DNA from: Synechococcus elongatus PCC 6301
Lineage (GTDB): Bacteria; Cyanobacteriota; Cyanobacteriia; Synechococcales; Synechococcaceae
Length of the DNA: 32,000 bases
Reading direction: 5' to 3'
Assembly: GCF_000010065.1 (NCBI RefSeq)
Contig: NC_006576.1
Span: forward strand, 2,520,001-2,552,000
Part shown: positions 1-9,394 of the stretch, one piece after another
How positions within the stretch are numbered: position 1 is the first letter of the stretch
Layout: the number at the start of each line of letters is the position of its first letter
Notes under the pieces: generated by a model
Told to the model about the DNA's origin: nothing
The model's input: only the letters and a program-made list of their open reading frames with translations
Databases searched by the model: none
Position numbers and translations under genes: made by a program

Positions 1-17
1 TCTCGAGTGAGATTGAC

Positions 18-1601
18 CTAAAGAACCCCAATCTCTTTGAGCAGTTTTTTCTGCTGGCTAGCAGCCACCAAAGCATGAGCGGCTAGCGCGCCGCTGGTGG
101 CTACTGGCGGCACTCCAATACCCGGAAAAACGCTGGCGCCGCAGAGCAACAAATTGGGGATGGGGGTTTGACAACCGGGGAATAGGCCTTGGTCGGCCCC
201 GATCGCGGGCCCATAGCTGCCTTGAAACGTGTTGAGATAGTGAGCCTGAGTGCGGGGTGTCCCTTCCAGGGAAATGACGGCGCGATCGCGGACATCTGGA
301 ATCAACTGTTCCAGTACATCCCAAAAGATCTGGCAGCGATCGCGTTTTTGCGCTTCATAGGCAGCACTACCCGGCTCCAAATCCTTCCACAATGCCCAGG
401 GCTCATTGGCTGGGGTATATCCGTGCAGGACTTGATGGCCTGTGGGCGCAAGGTCAGGTTGCAAGAGCGACGGCATGGAGAGCACCACCATGTTGCGATC
501 GGCTGTGATGCCTCGCTGCCAATCCCCTACCCAAACATGGTGTAGAGGCAGATGCTGAAGGTCATCGCCGCGAAGCCCCAAATGGAGATGCAAAAATCCG
601 TGGCAAGCCGGAGTTTGTTGCCGCTGCTGCCGCCAACGAGTCGGTAGACTCTTCTCCGGTAGCAGATTTAGGGTGTCCCAAATGCTGGCGTTGCTGACCA
701 CGGCTCGCCGGGCATGAATCACCTGGTCATCAGCACAGCGCACGCCCCGGGCGCGATCGCCCTCCACCAAAATTTCTGTGACGCGGCTACGCACTTGCAA
801 ATTGCCACCGTGTTTTCTGAGGCCACGCACAAGAGCTTCGGCGATCGCTGCACTGCCGCCAACGGGATATTCCAAGCAGGCATCGGGTTCAAACCACTCA
901 CCGAACAGCGTTACCATCGCCGCTGCACTGGTTTGATCGGCGGGCAGGCCACTGATCAAAAAGCACAGCAACTCCACCCAGTTGAGCAGGAAGGGATCGC
1001 GGAGGTGCCGGCGAGCGATCGGGCCAAAGGCACCTCCCAAAGCGGCCATTCGTCCCAAATGGGGCAGCAATTTACCCGCACTGCCAGCCAAGGTGTTGAT
1101 CAAACTCAGCCCCGGACGGAGCGCCAACAAAGGCAGAGCATTGGCCGCTGCACTGTAGGGAGCCAGCCACGTCATAAAGTCCTGCCATTCTTGAGCAGCT
1201 GCAGGCCCTCGCAAGGCCGTGACTGTTTTGAGGAAATCTGCGTTACCAACCCCGATCTGAAACGTGCCTTCTGGGAGTAACACGCCCCACTCTCGATAGG
1301 TCAAAACTGGCACCTCTTCGCCGATCGCCCGCAGCACCTGCGCTAGCGGGTTGGTGCTGGGCCAGCGGCTTAGTCCTGACCAAAGTGAAGGCCCTGATTC
1401 AAAGTGAAAGCCGCGTCGCTCGAAGCCATGGGCTGCGCCCCCGGGACGATCGTGGGCTTTTAGAACAAGTACTTCTAATCCATAGCGGGCTGCCAACGCT
1501 CCGCAACAGAGCCCCCCCAGCCCACTGCCAATCACAATCAGGTCAACAGATTCACGGGACGACGACATGAGGTGTCTCGGCAAGGACTGAGGCGATCGCA
1601 A
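18..1601 (-). CDS. FAD-dependent oxidoreductase, phytoene dehydrogenase / carotenoid isomerase-like
   Basis: ORF 527 aa with N-terminal dinucleotide-binding motif VDLIVIGSGLGGLCCGALAARYGLEVLVLKAHDRPGGAAHGF and C-terminal LLLCGASVFPGIGVPPVATSG typical of the CrtI/CrtO/CrtH superfamily. The true start may be the internal Met (MSSSRESVDL, ~1568). Confidence 0.85.
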   Translation of the reverse strand: MRSPQSLPRHLMSSSRESVDLIVIGSGLGGLCCGALAARYGLEVLVLKAHDRPGGAAHGFERRGFHFESGPSLWSGLSRWPSTNPLAQVLRAIGEEVPVLTYREWGVLLPEGTFQIGVGNADFLKTVTALRGPAAAQEWQDFMTWLAPYSAAANALPLLALRPGLSLINTLAGSAGKLLPHLGRMAALGGAFGPIARRHLRDPFLLNWVELLCFLISGLPADQTSAAAMVTLFGEWFEPDACLEYPVGGSAAIAEALVRGLRKHGGNLQVRSRVTEILVEGDRARGVRCADDQVIHARRAVVSNASIWDTLNLLPEKSLPTRWRQQRQQTPACHGFLHLHLGLRGDDLQHLPLHHVWVGDWQRGITADRNMVVLSMPSLLQPDLAPTGHQVLHGYTPANEPWALWKDLEPGSAAYEAQKRDRCQIFWDVLEQLIPDVRDRAVISLEGTPRTQAHYLNTFQGSYGPAIGADQGLFPGCQTPIPNLLLCGASVFPGIGVPPVATSGALAAHALVAASQQKKLLKEIGVL

Positions 1602-1821
1602 AACCCGTTCCAGTCAATCACTGTCGAGCTGTTGTCGATCACTGCTTAATCTAGGCGATTCCCACTGGCAGCGGCCGAATGCCCCTAGCCAAACAGGATG
1701 ACTTGGCGCTCGGAGGCTGAAGCTAGCAATCGCTCTTTTGTCAAGTTTCGGCGGGGACATTGCTCTTGCAGGCACCACCCTAGACTTAATTACTTAATCT
1801 CTATCGGCTTAGAGTGTTTTC

Positions 1822-2907
1822 ATGGCCTTCCGTTCCTTCCTCCCGCTTCGGCCCGGTATCAAGCGATCGCTTGCAGGTGGTTTGGCCGCCGCAATTGCAG
1901 CAGGTAGCTTTGCGACTACGGCTGGGGCGCGCAGTGCCCAAACCAGTGCCGCAGGGGCTACTCCTCAGCAAGTTGCTCAAGCCAAGCAGGAGCTGGTTCT
2001 TGTGTCCTATGCAGTCACCAAGGCTGCCTACGATCGCATCATTCCCAAGTTCACGGCCAAGTGGAAAAAAGAAAAAGGGCAAGACGTCACCATTCGCGGT
2101 AGTTACGGTGGGTCTGGCTCCCAAACTCGGGCCATCCTCGATGGCTTGGAAGCTGACATCGCGGCTTTGGCCCTGGAATCAGACACGGCTCGCCTAGAAC
2201 GAGCGGGGCTGATTGGCAAAAACTGGCAAAGACGACTGCCTAATAACTCCAACCTCTCCAGTTCGGTGGTAGTTATTTGTACTCGTAAAGGGAATCCCAA
2301 AAAGATCAAAGGCTGGGCTGACTTAGCGAAACCTGGGGTTCGGATCGTGACAGCCAACCCCAAAACCTCTGGTGGGGCTCGCTGGAACTTCCTCGCGCTC
2401 TACGGTTCTGTCGCTAAGAATGGGGGCACCGATAAACAAGCCTTTGACTTTGTGAAGAAAGTCTATGACAACGTCCCTGTCTTGGCTAAGGACGCTCGGG
2501 AATCCACTGATATCTTCTACAAGAAGAATCAGGGCGATGTGCTCCTGAACTACGAGAATGAAGTGATTCTGGCGCGCCTCAATGGCGAAGATGTGGGAAC
2601 CTGCATCACGCCGCAGGTCAACATTGCGATCGAAACGCCGATCGCGGTGGTCGATAAGGTCGCCAACAAACGAAAGACTAAGGCGATCGCTGATGCCTTT
2701 ACTCGCTTTGTCTTTACCCCTGAGGCGCAAGAGGAGCTCGCTAAGGTTGGTTTCCGGCCGGCTAATGCCGCTGTCGCTCAAAAATATCGCAAGAATTTCC
2801 CCCCTCTGACCAAGCTCTACAACATCAAGAGCTTTGGTGGCTGGGCTGCTGCTGACAAGAAGTTCTTTGCTGATGGCGGCGTCTTCGACCAAATCCAAGG
2901 TCGTTAA
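1822..2907 (+). CDS. Sulfate/thiosulfate ABC transporter substrate-binding protein (SbpA family)
   Basis: 361 aa with signal-like N-terminus (AAAIAAGSFATTAGA) and SbpA-family motifs: LVLVSYAVTKAAYDRIIPKF, VTIRGSYGGSGSQTRAILDGLEADIAALALESD, KTSGGARWNFLALYGS, GDVLLNYENEVI. Confidence 0.88.
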   Translation: MAFRSFLPLRPGIKRSLAGGLAAAIAAGSFATTAGARSAQTSAAGATPQQVAQAKQELVLVSYAVTKAAYDRIIPKFTAKWKKEKGQDVTIRGSYGGSGSQTRAILDGLEADIAALALESDTARLERAGLIGKNWQRRLPNNSNLSSSVVVICTRKGNPKKIKGWADLAKPGVRIVTANPKTSGGARWNFLALYGSVAKNGGTDKQAFDFVKKVYDNVPVLAKDARESTDIFYKKNQGDVLLNYENEVILARLNGEDVGTCITPQVNIAIETPIAVVDKVANKRKTKAIADAFTRFVFTPEAQEELAKVGFRPANAAVAQKYRKNFPPLTKLYNIKSFGGWAAADKKFFADGGVFDQIQGR

Positions 2908-2941
2908 CGCCCCCTAAGCTGTCCTCTCACCCCAAACGATC

Positions 2942-2975
2942 GCCTCGAGGAAGTTTGCTCCCTCGGGGCTTTTTT
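2942..2975 (+). terminator. Intrinsic terminator of the sulfate-binding protein gene
   Basis: 9-bp stem GCCTCGAGG (2942-2950) / CCTCGGGGC (2961-2969, one G-U pair), 10-nt loop, then a run of T (2970-2975), 35 bp after the stop codon. Confidence 0.85.
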
Positions 2976-3133
2976 CAGCTTTGTCGGTTGCCGCGATTGC
3001 CAGCGAGTCGGCTAGAGATCGAGCCTTGAAGCTTGAGTCCCACTGAAGTCTGAGGCATCTGCCCTTGCCAGCAGTCGACCCAGGGATTTTCAGAATCCTT
3101 AACAATAGGGAGAGTGATCCCAAGGAGTAGCGG

Positions 3134-3838
3134 ATGGACGCGATTGACCTTGCCCAGCTTGCGAGCCAACTGGAGAGTGAGCAATCTCGCGATCGCCTGA
3201 TTGCGCTGGCTTCTCTGCGGGACGTTGAGGCTGAGGATGCTGTCCCTTTGATCAAAAAAGTATTAGCTGATGAAAGCATCCAAGTGCGATCGATGGCCGT
3301 GTTTGCGTTGGGGATCAAACAGACTGCCGAGTGCCTACCGTTGTTGCTGGAAGTTTTAGAAACCGAAGACGACTACGGCATTCGGGCGAGTGCGGCTGGT
3401 GCTTTAGGCTATCTCCAAGATGATCAGGCCCTAGAACCGCTACTGCGCGTGTTCTATGAAGACACGTCTTGGCTAGTGCGTTTTAGTGCTGCGGTAGCCC
3501 TCGGTAATCTGCAAAATCCTCGAGCTCGTGACGCTCTGATTCAGGCCTTGGATAGTGAGGAAGTCCTGCTGCACCAGGCTGCGATCGCGGCCCTCGGTGA
3601 AATTGGTGCTGTCGATGCCGTCGATCAGCTGTTGCGCTTTGTGGCTGCTGAAGACTGGCTGGTTCGTCAGCGCTTGGCAGAGGCACTGGGAAAGCTCCCC
3701 TGCGACAAGGCCTTATCAGCGCTGCGCTACCTCGTTAAAGATAGCCATCCTCAAGTTTCTGCGGCGGCAGAACAAGCCTTACAACAACTGGAAACAGGAA
3801 CAACGACTCAGCCTGAGAGTGATGACTTCCCAGGATGA
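3134..3838 (+). CDS. HEAT-repeat protein (PBS lyase-like HEAT repeats)
   Basis: 234 aa of repeated ~31-aa units (IALASLRDVEAEDAVPLIKKVLADES, RASAAGALGYLQDDQALEPLLRVFYEDTSWLVRFSAAVALGNL, LAEALGKLPCDKALSALRYLVKD). Confidence 0.85.
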   Translation: MDAIDLAQLASQLESEQSRDRLIALASLRDVEAEDAVPLIKKVLADESIQVRSMAVFALGIKQTAECLPLLLEVLETEDDYGIRASAAGALGYLQDDQALEPLLRVFYEDTSWLVRFSAAVALGNLQNPRARDALIQALDSEEVLLHQAAIAALGEIGAVDAVDQLLRFVAAEDWLVRQRLAEALGKLPCDKALSALRYLVKDSHPQVSAAAEQALQQLETGTTTQPESDDFPG

Positions 3839-4271
3839 AACAAATGGTGAAGAAAGTGATCCCCGCGCGTATCCTCGACTACAGTAATAGATGAAGCCAC
3901 TGGGCTTCAGACAACAGAAAAGATTCCACTCCGTAGTGGATCAGCTGTTAGTTGAGAGGTAACCAAACACTGTCTCACACTGCCTTCTCTCAGGATTTGG
4001 AACGATACTTGATTGCTCATCGGCTCGTCCTCCTCTAAGGTTTTGGGAGCAACTTCCGATTGAATCGGGTCTGCCTCTAAATAAACTTCAGACAGTTGAG
4101 GATAACCACCGATTTGTAGCTTGACAGAATGTTCCAATCTTCATCAGAAAGACGTCTTTCCTGTATCAAGTCGAATATCCATTTCAGCGGATTCAATTCC
4201 GACATTACGACAGGTTATCTGTCTGGTTACGCAACAAGATCTTGTTCGATTTCACAGTTCAACAGAAAAAG

Positions 4272-4334
4272 CAAAAAGCGCACCCTAGGGATTGCTCGCC
4301 CAACGAGCCAAACCAAGACTGGATGCGCTTTTTG
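4272..4334. repeat. Long-arm inverted repeat with nested hairpin
   Basis: CAAAAAGCGCA (4272-4282) is perfectly inverted at TGCGCTTTTTG (4324-4334). The inner hairpin is GCTCG (4294-4298) / CGAGC (4304-4308). Confidence 0.7.
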
Positions 4335-4368
4335 TTGTTGACTGGAAATTCAGAGAACTCCGAAAGAC

Positions 4369-4557
4369 CTAATTCAGATTCTCATTCATGACTGGAGTGC
4401 GGCCTTTGAGGCTTTGGATTTGGCAGAGTAGGGTTTCGACTTCAGCCTGCAAGACCAAAAATTCAGTTTGATGATCGGTGCTATACAACAGCTTGAGGCG
4501 ATCAAGCGGGGTGCTGGAGGCAGCCGGAGCGGGACGTTCGAGAACTGCGTTGCTCAT
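4369..4557 (-). CDS. Small hypothetical protein, coiled-coil-like
   Basis: 62-aa ORF (MSNAVLERPAPAASSTPLDRLKLLYSTDHQTEFLVLQAEVETLLCQIQSLKG) in an otherwise ORF-poor interval. The composition looks like a real protein. Confidence 0.6.
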   Translation of the reverse strand: MSNAVLERPAPAASSTPLDRLKLLYSTDHQTEFLVLQAEVETLLCQIQSLKGRTPVMNENLN

Positions 4558-4657
4558 TGTGCCGTGTAATGAAACTTAATGACTGAAGATTTGCGCATAG
4601 TACGCACCTCTTAAGGAATCCGCAAGGGTTGACACTTAATTTAAGATTTGCTTAAGA

Positions 4658-5098
4658 CTAGGCAGAGAGTTGAGAGTCACCGGCGTTGAATAGATCAAAA
4701 GTCTGACGGCAGAACTGTTTCAGGCGATCGCTCACGTCTTCAGCTGGCAGTTTGGGGCCCCGAATTTGCCAATCTGCGATCGTAGACAGCCGCCATTGTT
4801 CTCCAACGTGACTCAGGCCAACGGCATCAATCCCTAGTAGTCTGCGATCGCTTGCTTCTGCGGTAGGCAATAAACGAACCTGTACCAAAATGCTGCGGCT
4901 TTGGTAGCGAGGGCTCCAGCCCGGTAGGTGAAAGCCAATATCAATCGAATCAGGGTCTAGCCACTGCGCGGTCTCTGGGTCATTGCGCCAAGGTTTGAGG
5001 TCCGCCCGAGCATCAGGGAACTGCTGTTTAAACAAGTTGACCAGTGTGGCTATCTTGCTGGCCAGCTGTAGATTGGTGGCTTGTTCAGCTGCGTTCAC
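4658..5098 (-). CDS. Conserved cyanobacterial hypothetical protein
   Basis: 146-aa ORF with coherent sequence (DSIDIGFHLPGWSPRYQSRSILVQVRLL) and no competing ORF. Confidence 0.65.
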   Translation of the reverse strand: MNAAEQATNLQLASKIATLVNLFKQQFPDARADLKPWRNDPETAQWLDPDSIDIGFHLPGWSPRYQSRSILVQVRLLPTAEASDRRLLGIDAVGLSHVGEQWRLSTIADWQIRGPKLPAEDVSDRLKQFCRQTFDLFNAGDSQLSA

Positions 5099-5253
5099 TC
5101 CCGAAGACCCTATCGAATGGGCGCAGAAGCGCGTTGGTTGTTGGGTAGACTAGCGCAATCTTTCGGGGGAATGGCATCAGCGCCTACAGGATAGGCGATC
5201 GCTCTCCCGTAGGCTGGAAATGACGTGGATGTTTCGGAGGCTGGTAGCCGTCG

Positions 5254-6681
<1,428 letters not shown>

Positions 6682-6708
6682 GCGATCGCGCGAAAGCAAA
6701 CTGGTAAG

Positions 6709-8022
6709 TTGGTGCTCAAGCGTCTTGTCTGGAGCACCTTTTTCATGCCTGCGGCTGCCACTTTGGCCGATTGGAAGGCCGCATCAGTTCCCGACTTTTT
6801 GGCGGAGCGCAGTCGTCAAGAACTGGCGCGTTTGGGGAATCCAGGTTGGTGGGGGCCGCCTGATCTCGAAGCTTTGGCGGAACTCATGCAGCTGGCCGCT
6901 GCTGAAGGCTGGCGTATCTTGCCGGCGGGGCGTGGTACGCGTCTTGACTGGGGCGGACTCGGACACCCTGTTGATGCAGTCATCAGTACGGCTGCCTGCG
7001 ATCGCCTGATTGAACATGCCGCTGCCGACCTCACGGTGACAGTAGAAGCGGGGATGACCCTGGGACAGTTGCAGACCATCTTGGCTGAGACGGGGCAATG
7101 GCTGCCCTTTGACCCGATCGCAGGAGAGTCCTCTAGCTTGGGGGCTCTTGTCTCGACTGGGATGTCTGGTTCCCTGCGGCACCGCTACGGCAGTTTGCGC
7201 GACTTTCTGATCGGCATCACTTTCCTGCGCCACGACGGACAGTGGGCTAAGGGTGGGGGCCGTGTCGTCAAAAATGTTGCTGGCTACGACATGATGAAGC
7301 TGCTCCATGGTGCTTGGGGCAGCTTGGGATTGATTGGCAAGCTGACCTTTCGCACCTATCCCCTGCCTAATGCCTGGGGCACGATTGCTTGTCAGGGCGA
7401 TCGCGAGGCGATTTTGCAGCTGCGATCGCAATTGGTTCGCAGTGACCTCACCCCTGTCGCTTTTGATCTGTTGTCGCCCGCTGCTGCCGCAGAACTAGAG
7501 CTGCGATCGCAATGGACGGTGTTGCTGCGGTTTGGCTCGGTTGCCGCCAGTGTTCAGGAACAGCAACAGGTAGTTGAGTTGCAGGCAACGCGGTTAGGTT
7601 TGGCTGCCATGACTGTCGCTGAGCCGGTTTGGGGTCAACTCAATCAGTCGTTTGAACCGCGATCGCGCTCAGCCACTTTGATCAAGTTCGCCCTGCTACC
7701 CAGCCAGTTACCGTGCCTTCTCGCCGAACTGGAGGCGATCGCCCCCACAGCATTGGGGCGAGTTCATGCAGCGAGTGGAGCCGGCTGGCTAGTCTGGCCC
7801 GAGGCGGAGCCAACGGTCGAAACCCTGCTGCGGCTGCGGCGCCATTGTGAAGTAGCAGAAGGCTTTTTGTCAGTGCCGGCAGCCTCTGTCAGCCTCAAGC
7901 AACAGCTGGATATCTGGGGCTACCCCGGTCAGGGGCTAGCGGTGATGCGGGCGATTAAACGACAATTTGATCCACAGTCCCGGTTAGCCCCCGGACGTTT
8001 TCTGGCCGGTCTGGAGGAGTGA
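6709..8022 (+). CDS. glcE: Glycolate oxidase/dehydrogenase subunit GlcE-like, FAD-binding
   Basis: TTG-initiated ORF with FAD_binding_4-type sequence (GWRILPAGRGTRLDWGGLG, SLGALVSTGMSGSLRHRYGSLRDFLIGITF, GRVVKNVAGYDMMKLLHGAWGSLGLIGKLTFR). It overlaps the following glcF-like ORF by 4 bp. A later start (6747, MPAAATLADW) is possible. Confidence 0.88.
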   Translation: MVLKRLVWSTFFMPAAATLADWKAASVPDFLAERSRQELARLGNPGWWGPPDLEALAELMQLAAAEGWRILPAGRGTRLDWGGLGHPVDAVISTAACDRLIEHAAADLTVTVEAGMTLGQLQTILAETGQWLPFDPIAGESSSLGALVSTGMSGSLRHRYGSLRDFLIGITFLRHDGQWAKGGGRVVKNVAGYDMMKLLHGAWGSLGLIGKLTFRTYPLPNAWGTIACQGDREAILQLRSQLVRSDLTPVAFDLLSPAAAAELELRSQWTVLLRFGSVAASVQEQQQVVELQATRLGLAAMTVAEPVWGQLNQSFEPRSRSATLIKFALLPSQLPCLLAELEAIAPTALGRVHAASGAGWLVWPEAEPTVETLLRLRRHCEVAEGFLSVPAASVSLKQQLDIWGYPGQGLAVMRAIKRQFDPQSRLAPGRFLAGLEE

Positions 8023-9326
8023 GCGTGGCTGAAACTGAAATCCCAATCCCAGCAGCAACGCCCAGCCTCACGGATGCCTGCGTTCACTGCGGCTTTTGCC
8101 TCTCGGACTGCCCTAGTTATCGCGTTCTAGGGCGTGAGACGGACTCACCGCGCGGTCGTGTTTACCTGATGGACAGTCTCCAGCAGGGCCGAATTGAGCT
8201 GAGCGATACCGTTGTCGAGCATTTTGATACCTGCCTCGGTTGCTTGGCCTGTACGAGTGCTTGCCCATCGGGCGTCCAGTACGACCAACTGATCGAGGAG
8301 ATGCGTCAGCGGATTGCGCAGGAGCATCGGCGACCCTGGCCTGAGGCAATTTGGCGAAAGCTCTTATTTGCGTTTTTGCCCTACCCAGAGCGACTGCGAC
8401 CAATTTTGCGCCTTGGTCAGCTTTATCAAAGTTCAGGCTTACAGAACTGGTTGAATCGCCAACCCCTGTTGCAAAAGTTTCCGCAACTCGCAGCGGCTTC
8501 GGCGCTTTTGCCACCCCTAAGCCCTGCCAGCTTTCAAGACAACTGGCCGACTCTTTTGCCTGCCTTGGGCGATCGCCGCTATCGGGTCGGTTTACTCTTG
8601 GGCTGCGTGCAGCGACTGTTTAATCCAGAAGTCAATGCTGCAGCGATCCGTGTTCTCAGAGCCAACGGCTGTGATGTGGTGATTCCACCTCAGCAAGGTT
8701 GTTGCGGAGCTGTTGCTCACCACCAGGGTGAAATGCAACAAGCGCAAGACTTGGCACGAGCGGTGATCCGTAGTTTTGAAGCAGAAAACCTCGATGCAAT
8801 TTTAGTGACTGCATCCGGTTGTGGTCATACCCTCAAGCATTACGGTGCGATTCTGGCCGACGATCCTGAGTGGTGCGATCGCGCTCAGCAACTAGCCGAT
8901 CGCGTTCAAGATGTACAGGAGTTTTTAGCGACCGTCGGGCTGACGACTCCCCTGCATCCCCTTCAAGAACAACCGTTGGTGGTCGTCTACCAAGATGCTT
9001 GCCACATGCTACATGGGCAAAAAATTCGCAATCAACCACGACAGTTATTGCAACAAATTCCGGGTATTGAGCTGCGAGAACCCGTTGATGCGCAGCTTTG
9101 CTGTGGCAGTGCTGGTATTTATAACTTGTTACAACCAGCGATCGCAGCAGAACTCGGTCAGCAAAAAGCGCGATCGCTGGCTGAAACAGGTGCGCAAATG
9201 ATTGCCTCAGCCAACATTGGCTGCTACGTTCAAATTCGGCATCATTTGCAAGCTCAAAGCAAAGATTTACCTGTTCTGCATCCCTTGCAAATAATTGATC
9301 GTGCGATGAATTTTCAAAATCACTAG
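8019..9326 (+). CDS. glcF: Glycolate oxidase/dehydrogenase iron-sulfur subunit GlcF-like
   Basis: Two 4Fe-4S motifs (CVHCGFCLSDCPSY; CLGCLACTSACPSG) and CCG-type motifs (QQGCCGAVAHHQGEMQQA; DAQLCCGSAGIYNLLQP). Confidence 0.93.
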   Translation: MSVAETEIPIPAATPSLTDACVHCGFCLSDCPSYRVLGRETDSPRGRVYLMDSLQQGRIELSDTVVEHFDTCLGCLACTSACPSGVQYDQLIEEMRQRIAQEHRRPWPEAIWRKLLFAFLPYPERLRPILRLGQLYQSSGLQNWLNRQPLLQKFPQLAAASALLPPLSPASFQDNWPTLLPALGDRRYRVGLLLGCVQRLFNPEVNAAAIRVLRANGCDVVIPPQQGCCGAVAHHQGEMQQAQDLARAVIRSFEAENLDAILVTASGCGHTLKHYGAILADDPEWCDRAQQLADRVQDVQEFLATVGLTTPLHPLQEQPLVVVYQDACHMLHGQKIRNQPRQLLQQIPGIELREPVDAQLCCGSAGIYNLLQPAIAAELGQQKARSLAETGAQMIASANIGCYVQIRHHLQAQSKDLPVLHPLQIIDRAMNFQNH

Positions 9327-9394
9327 ACTTATTCGGCTTAAATTCGGTTTCTCCGCTAGCCTAAAGATCTAACGCTAATCGCAGACAAGCTGCA

